Positions 18,205 to 28,295 of a stretch of DNA of 40,064 nt are shown here, in pieces. Each line of letters opens with the position of its first letter. The stretch's first letter is position 1. Source of the DNA: Kiritimatiellia bacterium (GTDB taxonomy: Bacteria; Verrucomicrobiota; Kiritimatiellia; JAAZAB01); the NCBI GenBank assembly GCA_040775225.1, contig JAXGSX010000002.1, forward strand, positions 1-40,064, read 5' to 3'. The notes under the pieces are model-generated. The model worked only from the letters and a program-made list of their open reading frames with translations. It was not told the origin of the DNA and made no database searches. A program made the position numbers and the translations under genes.

Positions 18205-19311
18205 TCAGGCGCCGGTTTGCCGGACCGCCTTTTCCAGGGCCCGGAGGCATTTTTCATTTTCCGGGCGGGTGCCCAGGCTGATGCGCACATGCCGGGGCAA
18301 CTGATAGCCGTTCAACGGACGGACAATGACGTGTTCCCGCTGCATGGCCTGAAACACCGCGCGGCCGTCGCCGACATCCACCATGATGAAATTTACCACG
18401 GACGGCACATAGCTCAGCCCCAGCCGGTCCAATCCGGCCATCATGAACGGCAATTCCGTCCGGACCAGCTCCTGGAAACGCCGCACATGCTCGTCATCGT
18501 CCAAGGCGGCCAGCGCGGCTTCCAGCGCCAGCACATTGACGTTAAAAGGCTGGCGGATTTGGTGCATCAGCCGGATGCCCTGCTCCGAGGCCACGCCGTA
18601 CCCGATGCGCAGACCCGCCAGGCCGTGGCTCTTGGCAAAAGTGCGCAGCAGGATCACCCGGCGTCCCTCGCGGACATAGCGCAGGGAATCCGGCCGGCAG
18701 GCCGGCGGCAGCAGATCAATATAAGCTTCATCCAGGCAAACCGCCACATGCGGCGGCAGGCGTTCCACAAAGCGGTCCAAATCCGGATTCGCCACCATGG
18801 TGCCCGTCGGGTTGTTGGGATTGGAAATGAAAATCACCTTGGTGCGCGGAGTAACCGCCCGCAGCATGGCGTCCAGGTCATGCGTGTAATTGATCATCGG
18901 CACGGCGGTCACTTTGGCCTGGAACATCCCGGCAATCAGGCGATAAATCGCAAAAGCCCGGTCCGCCACCACGACTTCGTCGTCCGGCGACAGAAAAACA
19001 TGGCCGATGAATTCCAGGATTTCGTTGCTGCCATTGGCGACAATCAATTGCCCGGGGCTCACGCCTAATTTCTGCGCCAGCGCCCGGCGGAGATAAAACG
19101 CGCTGCCGTCGGGGTAATAATGCATGCGGTCCGCCGCCGCCCGCACCGCCGCCATCGCCTTCGGGGACGGCCCCAGCGGGTTTTCATTCGAGGCCAGTTT
19201 GACGATGGGCGACGCATCCGGCAGACCCAGTTCCCGCGCCAATTCCTCCACCGGCCGGCCCGGCTCGTAAACTCCCAGTTTTTGCAACCATTGCTTGGCG
19301 ATATTGCGCAT
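18205..19311 (-). CDS. hisC: Histidinol-phosphate aminotransferase
   Basis: Motifs seen are KLASNENPLGPSP, YPDGSAFYLRRALA, NGSNEIL, SNPNNPTG and RTFAKSHGLAGLRIGY (PLP lysine context). The start is chosen at MRNIAKQW (19311). Confidence 0.92.
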   Translation of the reverse strand: MRNIAKQWLQKLGVYEPGRPVEELARELGLPDASPIVKLASNENPLGPSPKAMAAVRAAADRMHYYPDGSAFYLRRALAQKLGVSPGQLIVANGSNEILEFIGHVFLSPDDEVVVADRAFAIYRLIAGMFQAKVTAVPMINYTHDLDAMLRAVTPRTKVIFISNPNNPTGTMVANPDLDRFVERLPPHVAVCLDEAYIDLLPPACRPDSLRYVREGRRVILLRTFAKSHGLAGLRIGYGVASEQGIRLMHQIRQPFNVNVLALEAALAALDDDEHVRRFQELVRTELPFMMAGLDRLGLSYVPSVVNFIMVDVGDGRAVFQAMQREHVIVRPLNGYQLPRHVRISLGTRPENEKCLRALEKAVRQTGA

Positions 19312-19386
19312 GCGCTGCCATCCTATCGAATTAATGCTTTCCTGAAATTCAGTCGTCCCGCCAAAAAGCCGGGGTTTTGGGTTTGA

Positions 19387-19416
19387 ATTATATAACCTGA
19401 AGGTTGCGGCGTGCAA
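19387..19416 (-). promoter_or_regulatory. Candidate sigma70-type promoter for hisC (TTGCAC-N18-TATAAT on the minus strand)
   Basis: The -35 is the reverse complement of 19411-19416. The consensus -10 is the reverse complement of 19387-19392, about 75 nt upstream of the hisC ATG. Confidence 0.5.
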
Positions 19417-19497
19417 GCGCAATATTCGTTTTTAGTCTTTGAAAGTCCGGCAAATCATGTCATATTGCTGCTGTTTCTGACGCCAATAACTGCCAGC

Positions 19498-21732
19498 ATG
19501 ACTCCGCCGGTCCCGCCGCCGCCGCGGATGCTGTTGCCCGGCCTGGCGGCCGCCGCCCGGCTGGCGGCTTTCGCGGCCGGCGGCGCCCGGCGGCGCGCCG
19601 GGCACCGTCCGGGCGCGCTGCATGCCGTGCCGGTAGGATTTCTGGGAGTCTGCGCCGCCGGCGCTGCAGATCCGGCCGGCGACGATTATATCCTGGACCG
19701 TTTGAACGAACTGGGAATCCGCCATGTCCGCCTGGACCTGACCTATTCCGCCGGCGGCGGGTGCCAGCCGCGTCTGCTGGACAAGCTGCTGCAGCATGAT
19801 TTCCAAGTATGTCTGCACCTTGTGCAACCCCGCGCGGAAGCCCGTTTAATGTCGCGGAACGGGCCGGCGGCCGCGGCGGCGGCGGAACGCTGGCGGGCAT
19901 TTGTGGATGAAACCCTGGCGCGCTGGGGCGGCGCCGCCGCCTGCGCGGAGGTGGGCGCCACCTGCAACCGGCGCAAATGGTCCGGGCAAACCCTGGCCGC
20001 TTTCACGCATGCCTGGCAGATCGCCTGGAACATTGCCCGCGCGCGCGGCGTGCAAATCATCGGCCCGAATGTCACGGATTTCGAGCCGGTGTACAATTTC
20101 CTGCTGCTGGACCGCCTGCGCCGCCTGGGCTGCCCGCCGGAGGCGCACACCGACAACCTGTTTGTCGAACGCGCCACGGAACCGGAAAATTTCGATCACA
20201 AAATCCTGGGGTACCGGGCGGCGGGCTGGCTGCGCTGCAATTTAATCCGCAAGGCGCGGCTGCTGCAAGCGATCGGCGCCGTTAACGCAGCGCCGGTGTT
20301 CATCTGCGCCCACACGGCCTGGAGCCTGCGCCGGATCGCGCGTTTCCTGGATTATATCGAGGAAAAACAGGCGGATTACCTGGCGCGGTACCTCCTGCTG
20401 GCGGCATCCTCCGGCGCTTTGGAGCGGGTTTACTGGGGCCCGCTGATCGGCCAGCGGGAGGGATTGATTGACGACGGCACGTCCGAGTATCCCGATCCGC
20501 CGCACGTCACGCTGTACCCGCAAGCCCGCGGCAAGCCGGCGGATTACCGCGTGCGGCCGGCATTTCACGCAATGGCCGCCGTCCGGAACTTGCTGCAAGG
20601 CGCCGTTTTTGTAAAGGCGCACACCCCCGGGCCGGATTTGGAAATACTGGAATTCAAAGGATCGGACGGCGCAATCCGCCACGCGGTATGGACCGCCAAC
20701 GGGCGCTGCGCCGCGTCGGATGCCTGCTATCATCCAGCCGCGCTGGCATCCGCCGCCTGCGACGACCGCGATGGCCGGCGGATGTCCGCCGCGCCCGCAT
20801 TTTTCGGTGAAAGCCCGACTTATCTGACCTGGCAACAGTTGCCGCCGGCGCTGCTCCTCCCCAAGCCCGCGCCGGCCGGCTGGCGCCTGGCTTGGCATCA
20901 CCGCCGCGCCGGCAGCCCTGCGCTGCTGCACTCCGCCGCCTGGCAGGGAATCTACCAGACCCGCGCCGATGACGGCGCGGCGGTTGATCCGGCGGCCCTG
21001 CTGAATGCCGTTACGCCCAAGGAAAACGGCCTGATGCTCCGCGCCGGCCGCAATCGCGTCTGGAGCGTTCCGGCGCCTTGGGCGCCGCAAACCCGCATCG
21101 TCATCAAACAATTCAAGGTTCCCGGGTTATGGCGGCGTTGTTTGGACTGGCGCAAGCCTTCCAAGGCGATGCGCAGCTGGAATGGCGCACAGGAACTGCT
21201 GCGGCGCGGCCTGGCTACCCCCGCCCCGCTGGCTTGTCTCCTGCCCGGCCGCCCCGGCCAACCGGCATTTTATATTTGCGCCGATTTCCGACCCGCTTAC
21301 TCCGTCCGCGATATTTTTACCGCCCTGTCGCGCAACACCCGCGCAGTCCCGGAGATGGATCCGTCCGACTGGTATGCGTCCATTGCCGGGTTCCTGACGC
21401 GGATGCACGATCGCGGCGTATATTTCCGCGACCTATCCGCCGGCAACCTGCTGTTGCGGCGCGGCCCCGGCGGAAAGGTTTTCGAATATGCATTGATTGA
21501 CACCGCGCGGGCGAGATTTTATCCATGGCCGCTGCCTGTAAGGCAGCGCCTGGCGGATTTGAAACGCATTTGCCATCCCCTGTCCTGGCCCGGCCGGCGC
21601 GCGTTGCTGACATCCTACATGCGCGCGATTGGCCGGCCGTTCCGATCATGGATGTTGCTGCCGCTGCTGGCGTACGATTGGAAGCACAGGCTGAAACATG
21701 CGGTTAAGCCTTTGCGGCGGATTGGATGGTGA
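19498..21732 (+). CDS. Two-domain protein: an N-terminal ~500-aa TIM-barrel / glycoside-hydrolase-like domain fused to a C-terminal lipopolysaccharide kinase (Kdo/WaaP family) domain
   Basis: The C-terminus has IVIKQFK (ATP lysine context), MHDRGVYFRDLSAGNLLL (catalytic loop) and YALIDTARA (metal-binding Asp). The N-terminus has GIRHVRLDL and EVGATCNRRKW, which resembles the GH clan-A NEP strand but has Arg in place of Glu. The start is chosen at ATG 19498, because the track GTG at 19411 lies inside the hisC promoter. Confidence 0.7.
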   Translation: MTPPVPPPPRMLLPGLAAAARLAAFAAGGARRRAGHRPGALHAVPVGFLGVCAAGAADPAGDDYILDRLNELGIRHVRLDLTYSAGGGCQPRLLDKLLQHDFQVCLHLVQPRAEARLMSRNGPAAAAAAERWRAFVDETLARWGGAAACAEVGATCNRRKWSGQTLAAFTHAWQIAWNIARARGVQIIGPNVTDFEPVYNFLLLDRLRRLGCPPEAHTDNLFVERATEPENFDHKILGYRAAGWLRCNLIRKARLLQAIGAVNAAPVFICAHTAWSLRRIARFLDYIEEKQADYLARYLLLAASSGALERVYWGPLIGQREGLIDDGTSEYPDPPHVTLYPQARGKPADYRVRPAFHAMAAVRNLLQGAVFVKAHTPGPDLEILEFKGSDGAIRHAVWTANGRCAASDACYHPAALASAACDDRDGRRMSAAPAFFGESPTYLTWQQLPPALLLPKPAPAGWRLAWHHRRAGSPALLHSAAWQGIYQTRADDGAAVDPAALLNAVTPKENGLMLRAGRNRVWSVPAPWAPQTRIVIKQFKVPGLWRRCLDWRKPSKAMRSWNGAQELLRRGLATPAPLACLLPGRPGQPAFYICADFRPAYSVRDIFTALSRNTRAVPEMDPSDWYASIAGFLTRMHDRGVYFRDLSAGNLLLRRGPGGKVFEYALIDTARARFYPWPLPVRQRLADLKRICHPLSWPGRRALLTSYMRAIGRPFRSWMLLPLLAYDWKHRLKHAVKPLRRIGW

Positions 21733-21778
21733 CTGAACGGCGTGCCGCGCCGAAGCCCGGCACAGGCGGGCTTGATTC

Positions 21779-23419
21779 ATGCTGCATAAACTCCACATTC
21801 CAGCCCTGCTGGCGGCCCTGCTGGCTGCCGGACCCCTGTACTTGTTCGGCACGTTCAAGCACGACCTCTGGCGGCCGGCGGAAGCCCGGGAAGCGGGCAT
21901 TGCCTGGAAAATGCTGGAAAACGGCGACTGGTCTGCCACCTACCTGAACGAAGACCTGTTCCTGGAAAAGCCTCCGCTTTACACCTGGACCATCGCCGGG
22001 TGCCTGAAAATCTTCGGACGCCGGGATTGGGCGGCACGGCTGCCCGCCTTTTTATTTACCCTCGGCACTTTGGCGCTGGTGTTTTACCTGGCGCGCACCC
22101 GGCTTTCCTCCCTGGGGGCGCAGGGCGCGCTGATCAGCCTGGCCACCATGGCCTTGTTTCTGGAAGTCAACCATGGAGCGATGATTGACAATGGCCTGAT
22201 GTTTTTCATCAGCCTGGCCATGCTTGCATATTACCGGCTGCAGGCAGGCGCGGCCCGGCCGCGCGCCTGGGCCGCGCTGTTTTACGCCGCGCTGGCGCTG
22301 GCCTTCCTGACGAAGGGCGGCATCGGCCCGGCGCTCGTGCTGGCGGCGGCCGGCGGTTTCACCGCCGCCGGCCGGCGCTGGAAATTCATCCGGGGCCGGG
22401 CATACCCGCTGCTGGGCGCCGCCATTCTGCTGATCTTGATCGGCGGCTGGCTGGCGGCGCTCTGGCGCCAGGGCGGCGCGGAATATTTGCGTGTTTTTTT
22501 CCTCCGCAACAACCTGGACCGGCTGCTGGGGCGCTATGGCCCGACAGGCGCCTGGCATTATTATATTCCCTATGTTTTCAGCAGCATACTGCCCTGGACC
22601 ATTCTGCTGCCCGCCGGCATCTGGCATATCCTACGGGAGTTGCGGCAGCCGGCGGCGGCGCCGGAAGCGCGGGATTACTGGCGGTTCATGGCGTGGTGGG
22701 CCGGGGCTTTTTTCGCGGTGCTCAGCCTGGCGGGCGGCAAGGACCATCAATACCTGTTGCCTCTGCTGCCGCCGCTGGCGATAGTCTGCGGCGCGTGGAT
22801 CGAACACACCGTCAAACGCCCCGTCATCCCCCGCTGGGCCATGGCGTTGACCTGGATTTTCACCGCCGCCGCAGCGGCAACCGCGCTGGCCATGCCCTGG
22901 CTGCCCTGGCTGCTTGATCCCCGGCATGCCGGCCGGGCGACATGCCACGCGGCCTGGATGCTTTTGCCGGCGTCCGCCGTCGCGCTGGCGGCGTTGGCGC
23001 TGGCGCGCCGGCATTGGCGGCGTTACTGGCGCTCGCTGGCCGCTCTGGCCGCAGTCAGCGGATTCACGCTGGGGTTGTTCGTGGAACCGGCGCTGAACCG
23101 CGTCAAATCCATCCGCCCCTTGAGCGAGACGCTGCGTGGCAATCTGCCGCCTGACGCCCAATTATGGGGGTACGGCCTGGATGAAAACACCGTGGGCGCG
23201 CTGGTCTTCTACGGGCGCCGACACCGCCGGCTGGCGGGACTGGGCGACCATCTGCGGCTCCTGGAAGCCGAGCGGCCCCAAAGGGTGCTGCTGATGGCGC
23301 GCCGGCCCGGAAAGCAACCGGACGTCGAGCGGCTGCTGGACACCGGCAAATGGGAAACGCAACTCCACTTCGCCGCCGGCGACCGCTGGTTCTGGCTGAT
23401 GGCGCCGCATTCGCAATGA
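21779..23419 (+). CDS. Polytopic membrane glycosyltransferase, ArnT / PMT_2 (GT39/GT83-like) family, dependent on a polyprenyl-phosphate sugar donor
   Basis: There are about 12 predicted TM segments. The N-terminal motif region is [42 protein letters not shown], typical of ArnT-like enzymes. It starts 46 nt after the preceding gene. Confidence 0.8.
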   Translation: MLHKLHIPALLAALLAAGPLYLFGTFKHDLWRPAEAREAGIAWKMLENGDWSATYLNEDLFLEKPPLYTWTIAGCLKIFGRRDWAARLPAFLFTLGTLALVFYLARTRLSSLGAQGALISLATMALFLEVNHGAMIDNGLMFFISLAMLAYYRLQAGAARPRAWAALFYAALALAFLTKGGIGPALVLAAAGGFTAAGRRWKFIRGRAYPLLGAAILLILIGGWLAALWRQGGAEYLRVFFLRNNLDRLLGRYGPTGAWHYYIPYVFSSILPWTILLPAGIWHILRELRQPAAAPEARDYWRFMAWWAGAFFAVLSLAGGKDHQYLLPLLPPLAIVCGAWIEHTVKRPVIPRWAMALTWIFTAAAAATALAMPWLPWLLDPRHAGRATCHAAWMLLPASAVALAALALARRHWRRYWRSLAALAAVSGFTLGLFVEPALNRVKSIRPLSETLRGNLPPDAQLWGYGLDENTVGALVFYGRRHRRLAGLGDHLRLLEAERPQRVLLMARRPGKQPDVERLLDTGKWETQLHFAAGDRWFWLMAPHSQ

Positions 23420-23444
23420 CCCTGCGCGCGGAGAAGGCGGCCGG

Positions 23445-25565
23445 CTACCGCTTTTCGCCCTGTTTTTCGTCCGTCAGGCCTTTTTCCTGCATGGCGGCCC
23501 GGCGGCTCAGGCGCACCCGGCCGCGCTCGTCAATGCCGATGCATTTCACCCACATCTGGTCGCCCAGTTTGCAGATATCCTCGACCTTGCCCACCCGGAA
23601 GTCGGCCAACTCGCTGATATGCACCAAGCCGTCCTTGCCGGGAAAGATTTCCACGAACGCGCCGAATTCCTTAATGCCGGTGACGGTCCCGTTGTAAATC
23701 ACGCCTTCCTCGGCTTCGGCGGTGATCAGGCTGACTTCACGCAGCGCCATGTCCATGGATTCGCCGTTGGTGCTGAAGATATGGACCGTGCCGTCGTCGT
23801 CAATGTCAATCTGCGTGCCGGTAACATCCGTGATGCGCCGGATATTCTTGCCGCCGGGACCGATCAGCAGGCCGATTTTCTCCGGATCAATCTTGACCAC
23901 CTCGACGCGCGGGGCGTAGGGGGAAAGCTCGGGACGCGGAGCGCTGAGGACGGAGTCCATGAAATCGAGAATTTTCATGCGCGCCGCGTGCGCGCGCTCG
24001 AATGCGCCTTCCACCAGGTCCCACGGCAGGCTGTGGAGCTTGAGGTCCACCTGGAACCCGGTGATGCCGTTGCGGGTGCCGGCCACCTTGAAATCCATGT
24101 CGCCGCAATGATCCTCGTCGCCGAGAATATCGGTCACCAGCACGGCCCGGCGGTCGTCGGTGAACAAGCCGATGGAAATCCCCGCCACGGGGCGCTGCAG
24201 CGGCACGCCGGCATCCATCAACGCCAGGGAGCCGACACAGACGCTGGCCATGGAAGTCGAGCCGTTGGACCCCATGATTTCCGAAACCAGCCGGACGGTA
24301 TAGGGATACTCCCCCGGCATCATCTGTTCCAGCGAGCGTTCCGCCAGGTTGCCGTGCCCGATTTCGCGGCGGCCGGTCGAACCCAGCCGGCCGACTTCGC
24401 CGACGCTGTAAGGCGGGAAATTGTAATGCACCATGAACGCCTTCTCATCCGGGCCTCCCGTGATGGCGTCCATCGCCTGGGCGTCGGACTTGCTGCCGAG
24501 GGTCACGATGCCCAGGGCCTGGGTTTCGCCGCGGGCAAAGAGCGCCGATCCGTGCGTGCGGGGAATCAGGCCGACATCCGCGTTTAACGGCCGCAGTTCG
24601 TCCAGCGCGCGCCCGTCAATGCGCCGGTTGTTTTCCAGCACATTGCGCCGCACCGTTTCAATTTCCAGGCGGTCGAAGGTCTCGCGGAACTGTTCGGCGG
24701 TCATTTCCGGGAAACGCCCCTGCATGGTTTCCTGCAAGGCGGCGCGGATTGCGCCCACCCTCGTCCGGCGATCCAGCTTGCCGGGAATCAGGAGCGCCTC
24801 GGCCAATTCCTTGCCGCAGTTTTCGCGCGCCGCCGGCAGCAAGACTTCATCCGGCGGGAGATCCGCCACGACCTTGTCCGGTAGCCCCAGTTTGCGGCGC
24901 AACTCGAGTTGCAGGTCAACCAGCGCGCGGCAGGCTTCATGGCCGAACCGCATGGCGGCCACCATGTCGGCCTCGGAAACCTCCCTGGCATCCCCTTCAA
25001 TCATGATCGGGTTGTCGCGGTCGCCGACATAAATCAGGTCCAGATCGCTGGCGGCGCGCTCTTCGTTGGTGGGGTTCAGCACGAACTTGCCGTCCACGCG
25101 TCCGACGCGCACGGCGCCGATCGGGCCGTAAAACGGCAGATCGGAGATCACCAGGGCGGCGCTGGCGGCCAGGATGCTGAGGATGTCGCCGTCATTCTTG
25201 CCGTCCGCCGACAGCAGCATGTTGTTGATCTGCACATCGTTGTGATAGCCTTCCTGAAACAGGGGCCGAATCGGGCGGTCGGTGAAGCGGGCCGTCAGGA
25301 TTTCCTTTTCCGAGGGGCGTGCCTCGCGTTTGAAAAATCCGCCGGGGAATGCGCCCGCAGCGTAAAATTTTTCGCGGTACTCGACCTGCAGGGGAAAATA
25401 ATCAATGCCTTCGCGGGGAGTTTCCGTGGCGGTGACGGCGGAAAAAACAATGGTTTCACCGAGTTGGACGGTGGCGGCGCCGCGCGCCTGGCGGGCAAGC
25501 AGCCCGGTTTCAATGCGGACGGTCTGGCTGCCTATCTGGGTTTCTACTGCGGTTGTGTTTTTCAT
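23445..25565 (-). CDS. pnp: Polyribonucleotide nucleotidyltransferase (PNPase)
   Basis: It has two RNase PH domains ([40 protein letters not shown]), a KH domain ([11 protein letters not shown]) and an S1 domain ([17 protein letters not shown]). The start is at MKNTTAVE (25565). Confidence 0.96.
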   Translation of the reverse strand: MKNTTAVETQIGSQTVRIETGLLARQARGAATVQLGETIVFSAVTATETPREGIDYFPLQVEYREKFYAAGAFPGGFFKREARPSEKEILTARFTDRPIRPLFQEGYHNDVQINNMLLSADGKNDGDILSILAASAALVISDLPFYGPIGAVRVGRVDGKFVLNPTNEERAASDLDLIYVGDRDNPIMIEGDAREVSEADMVAAMRFGHEACRALVDLQLELRRKLGLPDKVVADLPPDEVLLPAARENCGKELAEALLIPGKLDRRTRVGAIRAALQETMQGRFPEMTAEQFRETFDRLEIETVRRNVLENNRRIDGRALDELRPLNADVGLIPRTHGSALFARGETQALGIVTLGSKSDAQAMDAITGGPDEKAFMVHYNFPPYSVGEVGRLGSTGRREIGHGNLAERSLEQMMPGEYPYTVRLVSEIMGSNGSTSMASVCVGSLALMDAGVPLQRPVAGISIGLFTDDRRAVLVTDILGDEDHCGDMDFKVAGTRNGITGFQVDLKLHSLPWDLVEGAFERAHAARMKILDFMDSVLSAPRPELSPYAPRVEVVKIDPEKIGLLIGPGGKNIRRITDVTGTQIDIDDDGTVHIFSTNGESMDMALREVSLITAEAEEGVIYNGTVTGIKEFGAFVEIFPGKDGLVHISELADFRVGKVEDICKLGDQMWVKCIGIDERGRVRLSRRAAMQEKGLTDEKQGEKR

Positions 25566-25680
25566 GCTTGCTCTGCGTTTCCTTGTGTGTTTTTTTGTTT
25601 TGTGTTTTTGAATGGTTAAAAGGCGGAAGCGGACCGGTGCTGATGCCGTGTTCCAACCGGCAGGGCAGCCGGCAATCCGG

Positions 25681-25701
25681 AAAACGGGCGCCGGCGCGCC
25701 C
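25681..25701 (-). terminator. Terminator / attenuator-like hairpin between rpsO and pnp (GGGCGC-GCCG-GCGCCC followed by GTTTT on the minus strand)
   Basis: The 6-bp GC stem is 25686-25691 / 25696-25701, with the T4 tract at 25681-25684. It lies about 115 nt after the rpsO stop. Its position is analogous to the rpsO terminator / pnp leader of other bacteria. Confidence 0.4.
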
Positions 25702-25813
25702 AAACGCTTTCAGGGTAGACGTGGCTTTCTCCGGATCGCCAAAACGGCGCCGGATATTCGGTCAGGCAGGGGCGGGGGCCCGGGCATGAGGGAGAGCGGC
25801 GCCGACGGGATGA

Positions 25814-26077
25814 CTAATGCCGCAAGTTCAGCCGCTTGATCAGGGATTGGTAACGGTCCTCATTCTTGCGTTTGAGGTAATCCAAAAGGCGCCGGCGGGC
25901 ATTAACCAGCTTGATCAATCCGTACCGGGAACTATGGTCGGCCGCGTGCGCTTTCAGGTGCTCGGTCAGGCGGTTGATGCGCATCGTCAGCAAAGCCGAC
26001 TGGACATCGGCCGATCCGCTGTCCTTTTCATGCAATTGAAATTGCTTGCGGAATTGCTCTTTAGTCACTTCTTCCAT
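25814..26077 (-). CDS. rpsO: 30S ribosomal protein S15
   Basis: The sequence has [52 protein letters not shown]. The length is 87 aa from MEEVTKE (26077). Confidence 0.96.
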   Translation of the reverse strand: MEEVTKEQFRKQFQLHEKDSGSADVQSALLTMRINRLTEHLKAHAADHSSRYGLIKLVNARRRLLDYLKRKNEDRYQSLIKRLNLRH

Positions 26078-26126
26078 GCAAACGTCCTTGTAGTGCTTTT
26101 CCTGCTGTTTGTTGTTGTTGGGCGGC

Positions 26127-26155
26127 ATTGTAGGAAAAACCCGCGCGCATGTAAA
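26127..26155 (-). promoter_or_regulatory. Candidate sigma70-type promoter for rpsO (TTTACA-N17-TACAAT on the minus strand)
   Basis: The -35 is the reverse complement of 26150-26155. The -10 is the reverse complement of 26127-26132. It lies just downstream of the ribF stop and about 45 nt before the rpsO ATG. Confidence 0.55.
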
Positions 26156-26170
26156 GCATTAAATTGCGGA

Positions 26171-27124
26171 TCATTTCCCGCCGGTGCGGAACCAGGCGCG
26201 CACCTTGTTGATATCGCGGACAATCTGGCCGCGCAGTTGCGCCGGCGAGTCGAAGCGGCGTTCCGGGCGCAAACGCCGGAGGAACCCCACCTCCATCTCG
26301 CGGCCGTATAGATCCTCGTCGAAATCCAGTATATGCGTCTCCACCAGCAGCGGCACCGGCACGCCTTCCGCCGCCGGGGCCATGGTGGGGCGGCGGCCGA
26401 CATTGGCCACGCCGCGCAGGCGGCGGACGCCGAGCCGCACCCGCACGGCATACACCCCGGGCGGCGGCTGGACTTCATCGGCGGTAGCGAGATTGGCGGT
26501 AGGGGCTCCCAGCCGGCGGCCGCCGAGTCCGCGGCCGGCAGCCACCGTCCCGAACATGCTGAAAGGCCTGCCCAGCAGCGCGGCGGCATCTCCCAGGCGT
26601 CCGCTGGCCAGGGCCCGCCGGATGCGCGTGCTGGAAACCGGCGCGCCCAGCCGGCAAAGCGGCGGCACAACCAGCGCATGGAACCCGTGGCGGGGCGCCA
26701 ACTGCCGCAGCAATCCCGGCCCCCCGCGGCCATCGCGGCCGAAAGTCCAATTGCTGCCAACGCAGACCGCAGCCAGGCGCGGCGCGGCGGATGCCAGTTC
26801 CGCGATGAACGTTTCCGGCGCGCAACCCGCCAGGGCGGCGTTAAACGGCAACGCGATGCATCCATCCACGCCCAGGGCGGCGAACAGGCGCAGTTTGTGA
26901 GGCAAGCCGGTGATCAAAAGCGGCGCGGATTCCGGGGCCAGCACCTTCAGGGGATGCGTGTCGAAAGTCAAAACCCAAACCGCGCCGTGCATGCGGCGGG
27001 CCGCGGACGCAGCCCGCCGCAAAATTGCCCGGTGCCCGAGATGCACACCGTCAAAAAAACCGGCGGCCAAAACCACCGGCCGGCGGTGCATCTGCAAAAC
27101 ATCCAACTGCCGGCTGAATTTCAT
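26171..27124 (-). CDS. ribF: Bifunctional riboflavin kinase / FMN adenylyltransferase
   Basis: Motifs seen are AAGFFDGVHLGHRAIL, LTFDTHP, VSSTRIR, GAPTANL, GVYAV, VETHILDF and DLYG. Confidence 0.93.
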   Translation of the reverse strand: MKFSRQLDVLQMHRRPVVLAAGFFDGVHLGHRAILRRAASAARRMHGAVWVLTFDTHPLKVLAPESAPLLITGLPHKLRLFAALGVDGCIALPFNAALAGCAPETFIAELASAAPRLAAVCVGSNWTFGRDGRGGPGLLRQLAPRHGFHALVVPPLCRLGAPVSSTRIRRALASGRLGDAAALLGRPFSMFGTVAAGRGLGGRRLGAPTANLATADEVQPPPGVYAVRVRLGVRRLRGVANVGRRPTMAPAAEGVPVPLLVETHILDFDEDLYGREMEVGFLRRLRPERRFDSPAQLRGQIVRDINKVRAWFRTGGK

Positions 27125-27134
27125 AAACCAGCGT

Positions 27135-27875
27135 TTAACCGGACAGCGGCACGCGCGGAGAAGGCACGATCCGCCGGATCAGTTCCGCGCGCGTCAGGTT
27201 CAAGATTTCATCCAGCGGCGCGGATTCTGCCAGTTTGAAAGCGCCGCTTGCGAGGCGGCGCAATTTCTCCAAATACGCGCCGCAGCCGAGCGCCTCGCCC
27301 AGGTCGGCGCAAAGCGTGCGCACATAACAGCCTTTGCTGCAGCGGACGCGGAAAGCGCCGGCCGGCGGCTGAAAATCCAGCAGCGCGAATTCATACACAT
27401 GCACCAGGCGGGGTTGCCGTTCCACCACCTGCCCCTTGCGGGCCAGCCGGTACAGGGGCACGCCGTTTTTTTTCAGCGCCGACACCATCGGCGGCAACTG
27501 CATGATATCGCCCGTCAGGCGCGCCATGGCTTGTTCCGCATCGGCGCGCGTCACCGCGCTGTAATCCCGCTCCTGCAGCACTTGCCCATCGCCATCCTGG
27601 GTATCGGTGGCGGCGCCCAGGCGGAAAACGCCTTCGTAAACCTTGTCTTCCGCCATCAACCGGTCGGCCAGTTTGGTGGCGCGTCCGAGCATGATGACCA
27701 GCAGTCCGGTAGCCTGGGGATCGAGCGTGCCCGCATGGCCGACCTTCGGGGCGCCGAAACGGCGGCGGATGCGGTCCACCACGTCATGCGAAGTCATCCC
27801 GGCGGGTTTATCCACCAGCAGGATGCCGTCCGGCAGGGCGCCGAAAGGCGCGGTATGGCGCATTCCCTGTTTCAT
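27135..27875 (-). CDS. truB: tRNA pseudouridine(55) synthase (short form, 246 aa)
   Basis: Motifs seen are GILLVDKPAGMTSHDVV, GHAGTLDPQATGLLVIMLG, QLPPMVSALK and CSKGCYVR. Confidence 0.93.
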   Translation of the reverse strand: MKQGMRHTAPFGALPDGILLVDKPAGMTSHDVVDRIRRRFGAPKVGHAGTLDPQATGLLVIMLGRATKLADRLMAEDKVYEGVFRLGAATDTQDGDGQVLQERDYSAVTRADAEQAMARLTGDIMQLPPMVSALKKNGVPLYRLARKGQVVERQPRLVHVYEFALLDFQPPAGAFRVRCSKGCYVRTLCADLGEALGCGAYLEKLRRLASGAFKLAESAPLDEILNLTRAELIRRIVPSPRVPLSG

Positions 27876-28282
27876 CCCGCTCCGGCGTGTCCTGCCGCGC
27901 GCTCCGCCGCCGGCGGCTCCTGCAATTCCGGCTGGGAGCGCTCCATTTCGGAAATCAAATGCAATACCCGGTCGCCTTCGGCGATGGATTCGTCCAATTC
28001 AAACTCCAGGCGCGGGGTGTACTTGATGTTGATGTCGCGGTTAATGCGCTGCTGGATTTCCTGGCGATGGCGGTCAAGCAGGGCCAGCATGCGCGCCTGT
28101 TCCCCCGCGGAGGCGCGGATGGAAACCCGCACCCGCGCCTGGCGCAGGTTGCGGCTGGTGATCACGCGGGTAATGGATACCGCCGCCAGGTCGAACGCCT
28201 GTTCGTGCATGACGCGGAAGAGGGAGTCCCCGATCTCGCGTTTCAAAAGCTCATTCACCCTGGTCAAGCGGTCCACGTGCAT
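27872..28282 (-). CDS. rbfA: Ribosome-binding factor A
   Basis: Motifs seen are RLTRVNELLKREIG, SITRVITSRNLRQARVRVSI and YTPRLEFELD. It overlaps the truB start by 4 nt. Confidence 0.9.
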   Translation of the reverse strand: MHVDRLTRVNELLKREIGDSLFRVMHEQAFDLAAVSITRVITSRNLRQARVRVSIRASAGEQARMLALLDRHRQEIQQRINRDINIKYTPRLEFELDESIAEGDRVLHLISEMERSQPELQEPPAAERAAGHAGAG

Positions 28283-28295
28283 GTTGCCCCCGCCC

